Source of the DNA: Magallana gigas
Lineage: Eukaryota
Length of the DNA: 64,000 nt
Reading direction: 5' to 3'
Assembly (NCBI RefSeq): GCF_963853765.1
Contig: NC_088854.1
Location: forward strand, 24,118,001 to 24,182,000
Position numbers and translations under genes: made by a program. Shown piece by piece: positions 1 through 12,600 of this stretch (position 1 is the stretch's first letter; each line of letters starts with the position of its first letter). The notes under the pieces are model-generated. The model did not search any database. It saw only the letters and a program-made list of their open reading frames with translations, and was not told the DNA's origin.

Positions 1-129
1 TAACTATTAAACTGTATTTAATATGCAACAAAATGGAAATTTACATGCTTATTTTCAGCTGTTTTTACAAAATATTAATCAAGAAAAATATTTACTGGAG
101 GTATTTGTCTAGATATTATGTAAATGTAC

Positions 130-2357
130 CAGCTTCATTTTCCATTCCATTTTGTTTCCTGGAATCAACACCTGGTGAAGAGTTCACTGCATCACAAATT
201 ACAACATCAGGCTGCTGTTCTTTCACTGGAGTAAGGTACCTCTCTAAGTTCACAACTACTGGCTTAGTCTTGGTAAATCGAAAAGTCTTTTTCTGACTGG
301 GCTGCTGCTGACACACAGGAGATCCAACAGTATGTTCGGGCGAGACGACCTCACTCTTGTCTTGGATCAAAGACACTTCGTCTTCTTCACTGTCTGAACG
401 TATTGAGGTAACTGACATTGGAGAGTTGAATCCATCATCAACATTAACACTGTTTCCATCATTGACCTCTGTTGTAATGACATCACTGCTCTGTTTAGGA
501 GAATCTGAATCACACAGAACCTTGTTCAGGTTACTCCTCCTCAAGATTCTTTTTGATCCACCACTCGTTGATACTTTGACTGGTGTCTGGTTTCCTGCTT
601 TAGATTGAGCTGGTGAATGTGATGAATGGGGTGTGGGTGGACTGAAGTTCCCTGGAGATAGCCCTGGGCTTAGCCTATCACTCTCAGGGAATCTACTCTG
701 TGAGTTTACATGTTCAGGAATCTGTATGGATATAGGAGACTCAAACAAATCCAAACCCGAGGAGTCTAGTCCCTGCGCACTAATGGCTGGAGACCCTGAC
801 CTTATGTCTACTTCCCCCACTAAAATCTCCTCCCCCTCCTGAAAACTGCGAGAACTGGACCCACTGGCCACTATCAATGGGCTTTCAGCTCTCCCACTCC
901 GGTCTGGATTCAATGACAGATCCGCAGACAGAGGATCCACAGACTGGGATTTTCTGATCACTTCTGATCCAGAACATGGAGGCGTGTCTTCAGTTTCACT
1001 GTAAATAATTAGATCCTCATCTTGATATACAATGCTGTCATTGACCTGAAGTTTTGGATTCAATTCCTCTGTTGCCAGCTCTTTATTCACCCTGTCTTGT
1101 TGATCTACACCACTGTCCTTTTCATTTTTACTTTCCATTAACTCAGATTCTTTTGTTCCGTCTTCAAATCCTTTCTCTTGATCTATGAATATAACATCCA
1201 TTTCATCATTTTGCAATTTTTCTTCACTTTTTCTTTTCTTTGCTGAATTTTGCATATTACATTCATCATCTTCCTGGCATGGCTCTGCAGCAGTCCCATC
1301 AAAACTTTCATCATGAAAGAACAGCGATATCTCTCCTTCACTGATATCACTCTCCATGCCTGACTGATCGACCTCTGAACTCTCTTTCCCAGAATCCTCC
1401 TGATTCTTCCTCCCTTCAGTGACGCTGTATTTCTTTCTCTGTGTACACATGATATCATTGTAATCTTCATTAGATATTCCCTCATGAAAGTTATTCTCCT
1501 CTTCACATTCTTCATCTTCGCTTGGATTTCCCTCCTCAGTGTCCTCTGTCATCATGTTCTGTAAATTGCTTAAGTTTTTCTCCTCTGTGTCTTCTGCAGG
1601 TTCTTGGTTGTCCGCCATTTTTTGGTCATTCAGAGCAGAGGCGCAAATCTTTACTAATTCATCGATTTCCAACCTGATAAAGGACATTATATTAATTTAT
1701 ACTTCTATATTCAACATTCAACAAATTCCTCACCTCAAGTGTGAATATTACAGACATCAAATGATCTAAATACATGAATTGTACATCAAATTTACTCTAC
1801 ATCATCAAAGTTCCCAATATCAATAACATTTAACATCTCTCGATGAAAATAATAAGATTTAGCAGGAAACTGCAAAATTAATTTCAGCTAGCCTCCCCTA
1901 ACTTTGTGTATGTTCACATGTAAAGAATTAAATTCTAACCATGAAGCCAAGTCCTTTATTTCGGAGACTGAACCTTTAGGAAGACAGATGGCCCCAGCAT
2001 ACAGGTACTTCATAACTGCCAGTACAGTGGTAGAGGAATAGTCTGTCAGCCCCACTTCATCCTGGCTGTCCTGTCAATTCAACAATCATACGCCTGTATG
2101 CATGCAGGTAAAGAATTATAATCAAATATTTGGAAGTAAAACTGAAACAGCAAGACTTACCTGGATAATCTTAGGGCACTTGAGCCCTAGAATCAGTCTG
2201 TGACCATAAATGATACCATCACTGGTCTTTATCCTTATATCACTGAAATTAGGATTGTTCACCATGGAAACCATTGTCTTTTGGTGGGCATCTGCTACCT
2301 TTTGTTTGGTTTGCTCCTTCAACAAAGAAACGTCATACAGGGTGTGAGTCATAAAAC

Positions 2358-2394
<37 letters not shown>

Positions 2395-5300
2395 GAACAA
2401 TAGGTATGATAAAATCAGCTTAATGGAGTCATAATACAAACTATCTGGACAATGTACAATAATACATGTAGATCCTGTATAAATAAAATCCATTTTCCCC
2501 TGGATATTCTTATGTTTATAATCATTAGTCCCCTTTCTGACAGGATGATTTTATAGTCATGTCATATGTTGAGTATTGCAGTTCTCAAAAAGATCCTTAA
2601 CAATAGTTTATACATCGGATATAAACGTACATCAAACTCTGAACCTTCTCGTGAGGCCAAAGAATTGTCCTGGGGCCAAAGTCTTAATAATTATAAAGAA
2701 TCATCTGGCTGATTAGTTTCTGAGAAGATTTTTAAAGATTTACCCTATATATTCCTTTGTTAAACTTTGACCCCCCATTGTGGCCCCACCCTACCCCTGA
2801 GGATCATGATTTTCACAACCTTGAATCTACACAACCTGAGGATGCTTTCACACAAGTTTCAGCTTTCCTGGCTGATTAGTTTTTGAGAAGAAGATTTTTA
2901 AATATTTACTCTGTTTATTCCTATGTAAAATATCGACCTCCCATTGTGGCCCAAACCTATCCCCAGGGGTCATGATTTTCACAAATTTGAATCTACACTA
3001 CTTGAGGATGCTTCCACACAAGTGCCAGCTTTCCTGGCTAATTAGTTTCTGAGAAGAAGATTTTTAAAGATTTACTCTATATAATCATATGTTAAACTTC
3101 GATCCCCCATTGTGGCCCCAACCTACCCCCAGGGGTTATTATTTTCACAACTTTGAATCTACACTACCTGAGGATGCTTCCACACAAGTTTCAGCTTTGC
3201 CGGCTGATTAGTTTCTGAGAAGCAGATTTTTAAAGATTTACTCTATATATTCATATGTTAAACTTCGATCCCCCATTGTGGCCCCACCCTACCCCCGGGG
3301 GTAATGATTTTCACAACTTTGAATTTACACTACCTGAGGATGCATCCACACAAGTGTCAGCTTTTCTGGCTGATTTGTTTCTGAGAAGCAGATTTTTAAA
3401 GATATACTGTATATATTCCTATGTAAAACTTCGATCCCCCATTGTGGCCCCACCCTATCCCAGGGGGTCATGATTTTCATAACTATGAATCTACACTACC
3501 TGAGGATGCATCCACACAAGTGTCAGCTTTCCTGGCTGATTAGTTTCTGAGAAGAAGATTTTTAAAGATATACTGTATATATTCCTATGTAAAACTTCCA
3601 ACCCCCCCCCCCCCCCCCCCCATTGTGGCCCCACCCTCAGGTGAGCTAAAAAGATTAAGTTTACAATACAATAAGTTGTTAAAGTTGGTTTCTGGGAGAA
3701 CAGACTTTGAACATTTTCTTAATAAATATTGACAATTTTTTTACTTTTTTAATCTTTAGTTTTTAAGATCTGTGTACAAACATAGAATTGTGAGCAAATC
3801 TTTGTATCTTGCTTATAATTCGAAGCTTAACACTCAAATATGGTTAGTAAATAGAAATTGTAAACAATTAAACACAAGAAACATGCACTATAACAAATAA
3901 AGAACACAATTTATTTTTTCGAAATGAATCATATATATATACATGTATATACCAGTGGCGTAGCCGCCGTTAGGCACTTAAGGCACGTGCCTACACATCA
4001 TTTTAAGACCAAAAATTAAAAATGTTAAAATATCACATTTAATTAAAAAAAAAAATTTTTTTTAAAAAGCACACAGCAAATATCTTTCTTTTCCCTATTT
4101 CAAATCTCTGATTGTTTTAAGGTCACAAATATGTGACGTCGATGATGCTAATTATTGCGCAGTCAATCAGTGAAAAACATCACAGGCAATTAACCAAAAG
4201 TAAGACCACTGGATGAAATGTTTAAAATCATATTCATAGATCGAGGCATATTGCGATCTCAACTATCATTGCCAAATTTGCGCTAATAAAAATGGACGCC
4301 TTGACTTCGTGTAACATCATGTGCGACTTAAAAAAAACAACAAAGCAATATTTCTGTTTTCTTATTACTATCAAAATTTAAAATAACCATTACAACTGTT
4401 TTTGAATCATGACATTCAATTACAAAGTCTAAATGTTTTCCCTTTAATAGTAAACTAACTATAGAGACAGATAATAGCTTTCGTGTAAGAAGATGGGTGG
4501 ATAAGGCGTGTAAAACCTATGCACGGACGGAAAGGATACTGAAAAATTTAAATATCAATAAATCTGATATTTTTAAAAAATATATTCAAAACAATAAATA
4601 TTTAACATATCCTCGAATTTTTACCTTTTTTAAATATGTTCAATACTTGGAATATGTTGACTCAAACAGGCGTATACGTATATCAAAACTTCCAATAGTG
4701 TCATTTTTTTTTTTTACAACTTCATGGTCTTTTCTTTTTTATAGTGAGTCTCTGCTCCATATTTTTCTCATAGTCTAAATAAGGTTTTATGGAAAACAAA
4801 CCGATTTCAATCAACAGAAACGTGGAGAGATGACCCACTATACAATAAAAATTTCATTTTGTATCTCAACAATTGAACGTTTTGAAAAAATAATTCGTCC
4901 GTAAAATCGTGGCCAAAGTTCAAGGCACTCGTAATATTTAAACAATCTATTTTGTTGTGTGTGAAATGGCTTACCAGACATTAGCTAACCTTACTTAAGT
5001 AGGGTTTTTATGTTGTGGGTTCGATTCCACCAAAATTTAAGGTAATATTTTTTTTCTATCGTTTGTTAAACTTAATAAAAACTGAATTTATTTAGAAATT
5101 GTGCTTTTGCAAAACTTGTGTAAGAAGTAATTGATAAAATAAATTCAAAATTGTATTTTACGATGAAACCGAATGGGCATGTCCCCTTTCTTAATTATTT
5201 CCCCATCTTCTTCCCGCCATTCACTTTGATAACGCTTAAAAAAGGACTGCTGGTGAAAACAATGTTGGATTGTATTAAAAAATGTTTTTTGACTTTTTAC

Positions 5301-6467
5301 GATGAAAAAATCTTTTACAAAACTCCAAATTTTATGTGCGAAAAGTGCCTAAAATTTGTTCCTGTGTGTTCTATAAAACATGAAATCCGTTTTCCGTCGG
5401 GGGGCTTCGCCACCCTGAACCCCCTACCAGGGCGCTGCCCTGGACCCGCTGGGGGCCTTGAGCGGCCCCCAGACCCCTCGCCGTATTTGGTGCCTATACT
5501 TCATTCTAGCTCTAGCTACGCCACTGTATACCTACATATTTCCGTCAGCGATATCAAAAGAAAATGCCGAATTACCGATAGAAGGAATTGTATTTCAGTA
5601 CCCCTACATCAGATTTTGCTTAATTTGCGCAGGTAAACAGTTAACTGTTTGATTTACCGAAGTATCTGTTTGAATTGATACGTAAAAATCACGAAATACC
5701 TGTAGACGATAGTTTCCAGGTTTAAAAGCGTAAATAATGAAAACGAAACGAAAATCCGAACAAGCTAACACCAACACACTTGTTTGATCCTTGTTGGAAC
5801 AATTAGAAAATTAATCAATAAACAATAAAAACAGAGGGAAATGCACTTTAGTACGTTGTTAATGCATCAGATTTAATCATTTTCGCAGGTAAACATTTAC
5901 CGAAGTCTATGTTCCAAATACAAGGCGATTGTTTCCCAAGTTAAAAAGCAAAATGAAACGAAAAAATGAAAACAAACTAAAACCAACATCACAAGTGAAA
6001 ATGACAACGCGTTGAAATATTTAACCTCAATTTACTTCACAATAATCGGCACCAAGGTTATTTCCATGTTTCATAGATTATATTCGCACGTGAACTGTTG
6101 CACAACAAACTGCCAGCTTCAAACAAAGAACCTCGTTTTCGAGATGCGGTAGACTGGCGATGCCTGTCATAAGACCAGTCTATCGCAATGAATTGCCAGT
6201 CTACGATATATGGAATAACGAGCCATTCTTTATAAGTATTTTCGCAATTATCTCAAATTTGGAACAGAAATCGCCTATAAGTTTTGCAATTTATATTTTC
6301 CTTTCCCTAAGGATGATTTATGCTAAATTACGTTAAGATTAACTCGGTAGTTCTTGAGAAGAAGATTTTTAAAAATGCACCCCCCTTTTTCTACAGTTTC
6401 AAGGTTTTCTCCGCTTTGAATACAGATCGGACTTTTATTTCTGCAATTTATATTCGCCCTCCCATAA

Positions 6468-6499
<32 letters not shown>

Positions 6500-6613
6500 A
6501 TAAGCGGTTTTAGAGAAGAAGTTCAAAATGTAAAAAGTTTACAGACGGACAGACGGACAGACAGACGGACAGACGGACGGACGGACGGACGACGGACAAA
6601 ATGTGATCAGAAT

Positions 6614-6646
<33 letters not shown>

Positions 6647-9600
6647 TTACCGTATTTTTCGGAAATTAGGTCGATACTTTTTTTTCCTGACACGTGGACC
6701 TCGCCCTATTCATCGCTTTGCCCAATTTATGTTTTTTTTTTTGGGCTGGAAAATTTGATATGAAGTTTTGCGAAAATTTATGCAACGCTCCAATAAAATC
6801 ATGAGGTTTACTATAATACTGCTTGAATTTCTGTGTAAAAATCTGTGTAAATAGATTTATTTCTTCTTACATTTCTTACTTAGATCACTGACTGAATCAC
6901 CTTTCGATCATTATTATATGCTGTCATGCATTTTGATCGTGTGCTTACGATAAACAGGAAATCTATTTCGCGCGGTAAAAGTAAAATGAGAACTGTACAA
7001 AGGGTAATTACGGGGGAAAAATATCGTTGGGTAGAAATAAAAAAAAAAACAATTTGTTTTCATAATAAAATACATGAACAAGTTTTTTTCTGTTTATTCA
7101 ACATAAAACTTTCGATGAAATTTTAGCCAGGTGTCTCTGAAATCAGTGTAGGTAGCGCTCACTTTGTTTATACACAGTTGAACTCTCGGCACGTGCTACT
7201 CATGCCCGCAGGCTTCAATAAGATCAGAGGTTGACTCTTAAATTAAAACCAGCTGTACTGAATTAATTGGTTTGAAAATTTTGATGCAATTTAAGACATT
7301 TCTTACGATGTTTTCAAGAAATACATTTTATTTCCCTTTTGTTTAAAACTGTGAAATAAGATTAAAGGCTACTATATGATAACGTTATTGGTTTAAACCA
7401 TTTATTCATTAGAACTAGCGGTAATTTTTCGACCAATTCTTCGAAGTCGACCTATTTATACTTTTTTAAAATTTTTTGGCTAAAAACGGCCTCCTTCGCC
7501 CAATAAAAAGTACCTACCTAATTTTCGAAAAATACGGTATCTATTACTATTTCAGGACTTCTTATTTGGCAAATTCATTACCTGCACTTTGACAGGAGAG
7601 TCTGGACAGAAACCACTGCAGGTCAGGTCAAGGTCACCAGATGAACTAGCATTGACCTCTAACTCTGCTAGTATCACTGCAGTCTGAGTGGAGGCCAACA
7701 TAGTGTCACCATGAAAAGTACTGCTTCCAACCTGTGAAATACAATCAGAATGAAACAAATGTTAGTGGCAATGTGAATCTAAGTTATAAATTAACACCAA
7801 TACGAATGTATGTAGTAACTAGTGAGCATTGCTTGCTTGCTTTAACTTAGTTCTACGCATTGATCTTAACTTCATTTCATCATTGTATATTCATAATCTA
7901 GAGTGTGCTGTATACAGACAGTTCTAAAACTTGATGCCTCTGAAATGTCAGTAAGCTCTACCTCGGTCTTGTCTGGGATTCCTTTGTAGGTGGACTGTCT
8001 TCGGCCCGGAATGCTTTCTACCTTTTTGATGTTGGAGCCCACAACAAATCGACTGACACATATAGGGGGCATAAGTTTTTCCACATAGAACTTATCTTTG
8101 TTTTCAAAGGCGGTTAAACTCTCTGTGGATAACTCACATCTTGACCATAAAGAAGGCATCTAGGTAATAAAAAGAACTGTATGTAGCAAAATTCACAACT
8201 CAAATCATTTATTCTTTGACTGAAAAATATTTTACAGTAAAACTTTGATATCACGAATATTGAGATATCAAATACAATGGATATGTTGAAGTTAGATGGA
8301 AGTCCCAACTACTGTTTCTTTTGTGCATTTTAACCTCCTTTGAGATAATTTGGTAAAACTTTAGTTGTTATATATATTTCCAGATTTGCTCCAATCAATA
8401 TGAAAATGAATACAAATTTAAAGTACTAATAACAGTAGATAGAGCGTGTACTAACTCAGTGTACCTTGTCATTGTCAGATGAGTACTTTTCTTGAATAAG
8501 ACTACCACAGAAGGCAGGGGCCAAATTCTCCATTTCATTGTCATCATCATCTAGATCCTGTTAAAACAAAGAATCAATCTTTTCCAGAATCTACACATGA
8601 TAAGAGAATTTGTTCTTATAAACTTCAGTAAAACTATTGCTAAGGAAAGTATACCGGTATGTACACTGTGTATAACTATCATTTTCAAATATATGGTTGA
8701 AACAGCAACTGTCATAGACAACCTCAGGAGACTACTGAACATATACACTGACATACTTCAATAGCAACTGAAACTCACCTGGGGAATCAGCATGGCTGCC
8801 ACCCTCTCTGATCGTCTCTTCTGTTTTTCCTCCTCTGATAGCAGGACCACAAGAGATGGGGTGGGATCTCTATGAAAGGTCATAATCATATGATTTGTTT
8901 TTCTCCATATGAATATAAGCTGAATGCAACTTGTCGTTAGACACACAAGTTTCTAGACAACTTACGCCTTTTTCTTCCGGCCCTGTTTCTGGAGCTGTGT
9001 CTCTGTTTTCTTGCTGACATTTTTATTCGACAAAGAATCAGATATGGCCAGAGCAGTCTGCAGCTCTTCCTCGTATTTACTGAAATTGTGAATAAAATAT
9101 CAACAAAATGTCCATGCAATGAAGGAACACCTGATTCTGCTTTCCGGTATACCATACAGCATATGACACTATACTGACAAGAATAGAATTCCTGGGTCCC
9201 CCGCCGGTCAAGCAGTATACTAGTATCGAGTCTATCGACCAAGGCTGATTTAGAAACTTGACCAAGGTATTAGTGGTATAAACATTTGGTATAAATTTAA
9301 TGAAAATCCGTCAAAATTTGTAGGCATGAGAGCGCTTACAAGGTCAATTTTTCGATAAAACGGAGTCATTATTGTGGTCAAAGTCCCATAACTCCAACAA
9401 AAAGTATCGACCAATGCTGATTTTTGAACTTGACCAAAGTATTAGTGGTATAAACATTTGGTTTAAATTTAATGAAAATCCGTCAAAATTTGTAGGCATG
9501 ATAGCGCTTACAAGGTCAATTTTTCGATAAAACGGAGTCATTATTGTGGTCAAAGTCCCATAACTCCAACAAAAAGTATCGACCAATGCTGATTTTCGAA

Positions 9601-12600
9601 CTTGACCAAGGTATTAGTGGTATAAACATTTGGTATAAATTTAATGAAAATCCGTCAAAATTTGTAGGCATGAGAGCGCTTACAAGGTCAATTTTTCGAT
9701 AAAACGGAGTCATTATTGTGGTCAAAGTCCCATAACTCCAACAAAAAGTATCGACCAATGCTGATTTTCGAACTTGACCAAGGTATTAGTGGTATAAAAT
9801 TTGGTATAAATTTAATGAAAATCCGTCAAAATTTGTAGGCATGAGAGCGCTTACAAGGTGAATTTTTCAATAAAACGGAGTCATTATTGTGGTCAAAGTC
9901 CCATAACTCCAACAAAAAGTATCGACCAATGCTGATTTACGAACTTGACCAAAGTATTAGTGATATAAACATTTGGTTTAAATTTAATGAAAATCCGTCA
10001 AAATTTATAGGCATGAGAGCGCTTACAACGTCAAATTTGGATAAAACGGAGTCATTATTGTGGTCAAAGTCCCATAACTCCAACAAAAAGTATCGACCAA
10101 TGCTGATTTTCGAACTTGACCAAGGTATTAGTGGTATAAACATTTGGTATAAATTTAATTAAAATCCGTCAAAATTTGTAGGCATGAGAGCGCTTACAAA
10201 AAAGTGTGACGGATGGACGCACGGACACACGGAACGGATGCCCGGCATTTCTATGTCCCCGCTCCGCGTTGCGGTGGGGGGACAAAAATCAACAATGTCT
10301 ACGAAGTTTTTTTTTATAACCAAAATATCTGCTCTTTTAGAGAACTAAGGCATCATTTGAATTCATGGTGGCTCAAACTTTGTGGCCCTTACCAGTGAAT
10401 TTACATTCTCACCAAATTATGAAATACAGTTTTTATTCATTATCTAAACAAATAACTTGAGAAAACTTCATACCCAAGAACCAGTGGAAAAATTAGCCCT
10501 AACAAATTCAAATGATTCCACAGTATGTCAGGTTACTTTGGCAGAGTAAAGTTGATTATTGAAAACTACAGTATCTTGTAAGGTGCAAGTTGTACATATG
10601 TACATTGTATCAATACTCACCTCTGTGGTTCTTTCAGCTTTTTCTTGGTCTGCTTACTGAGTTTGCTAATGGTTGATCTGAGTAATGTAAGAATGAGAAC
10701 ACAGAATATACAACCTCTTTAACTGTGACATTAATTGAGAAATATATTTTATCATCAGGCCAAACGAAATGCTTTCTTGTACTGAAACAATTTTTTTTAC
10801 AGTCCCAATCGATTACCGGTAGATGTGATCCTGATTACATCGGCTTACCATACTCATCAAATAATATGAAACAACATTTAAAACGAATCAAACTATCACA
10901 ACAGAATCGTGTCATTGGTTTACGTGGATCCCCTTGTTGGTGAGATTGACCGATCCACTGACCTTGCTGCCAGAGGAACCAGCCCTGCCGCTATGTTCAC
11001 CTGTCTCTCCTCCTCCTGCTGTTTTATAAGTGTCAGAAGTTGGTCTGTCGACACCCCCAGCTTCTGACTGCACTTTTTCATGTGGATTTTTCTTCCCTAT
11101 GAACAATCAGTAGATGATCAAATAAAGTAGTTGTTGAACTTTTTGTATTTGTTTACCAGCACTTAAACATATTTTGTATAAATTTGTTTCTGTTTAGTAG
11201 GTAACATTTAAACTCTCCTGAGCAAGATTCAGGTAATTACCATGTTGTATACAACTTTTAATCCTACATTTAACAAAATATAAAGTCAGAGTAAATAATA
11301 GACACTTGATTTTTTTTTTCAGACTAATACTAAACCTCACTATTGTACATCAAAAAGCATAAATATATCTAATTTTAGGTAAATTGATGACATATCAGTA
11401 ATGTTTGACCCACACTTTCAGTCTTCAGAGCTTTGCCACACATAGGACAGTCCAGCACTGCTGTCTTGGCCTTCTCCAGCTGTTCTGTCTTCTCAGTTTC
11501 TTTTTGTTTCATCTCATCTACCTGTAAAATCATGAAAAACATACTTGTCCTTTTTAATTGTGTAAGCATCACAGTCAATTTTTTTTTACTTAACCATTAA
11601 ATGTTTAATGCCACAGAAAACTTTTTTTTTAACTACAGTTAAATGGACATTGAGATGTGCCATTTTAATAAGAAGTTTGGGTCAATGTGGTTAAAAATTT
11701 AAAATGATATTGATCCCTACAAAATTTTTTCAATAAGTAAAATTGAAAACATGTAGTGATAAACCTGACTTTTAAATTTACTCATTTAAACTGGCTGATT
11801 TATCGGCTACAGAATATCAATTGACAATCTTTTTTACAAGGCACCATTATCAAACTTATGTACAAAATATTCTATACATATCCTTCATACATAATATATA
11901 CAATGAATCCTGGATGGAACAGCAGGTAAAGGGACTGTAGTCCATATTGATTCTCACCCAGGGATGTGATTAGGGATGTGATTGGCAGAAAAAAAAACCC
12001 AGGAGGAAATCAAATCAGTCCGTGTCCCAGGGTTGGCCGGGAAATACCAGGGTAAATACCGGTATTTCCCGTCCCGGTCAATACTACTGTTTTTCACTAA
12101 TCTGGGAAATACTGGGAAATACAAATTTATAATCTTTATTTCTTTAATTTTTTCAATGCAAAACATATGTTTATGATAAAAGATATTAACAATAAGCATC
12201 AAAAACCAATTTATCCCACTTTCCCATTTCACTGCCAGTTTATGAATCTTAAATTCACCAATCACCTATTCCCAAAGACTTCTATAGCTGCTAAAGTACA
12301 AATTTTAGTCCAGCTTTTTGATTTATAATTCAAAGCACAAAATAAACTGTTATAATTACTGTAAGTGTTACAAGTAACAATTATATAATCACACATGTTG
12401 TTATAATAAATGACACTTGACAGTTTTGTGCTCCTGTTTTGGGGAGATATATACTATGAGTGGGGCTGATTGGCTTCTTCTTAGGTGTGTTGCATACTGA
12501 GGTAGTGACCCAGTCACACTTTATTTTTCATAATTTTCTTGCACCATTTTCACATTCACCAAATAAACAGAAAATGGAACTTTTCATATTATGTTTATGA

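Noticed and set aside
2700-3640. Regular repeat arrays (also 9230-10200 and 29479-29699) as CRISPR-like
   Set aside because: The units are contiguous with no unique spacers, lie inside transposon termini, and the genome is eukaryotic.
4950-5032. GGGTTCGATTCCACCA as a tRNA gene
   Set aside because: Only a T-arm/B-box remains, no cloverleaf can be built, and it lies inside a MITE.
12497-12507. TGAGGTAGT let-7 seed match
   Set aside because: Only 9 nt match, there is no hairpin, and it is inside a hAT element.
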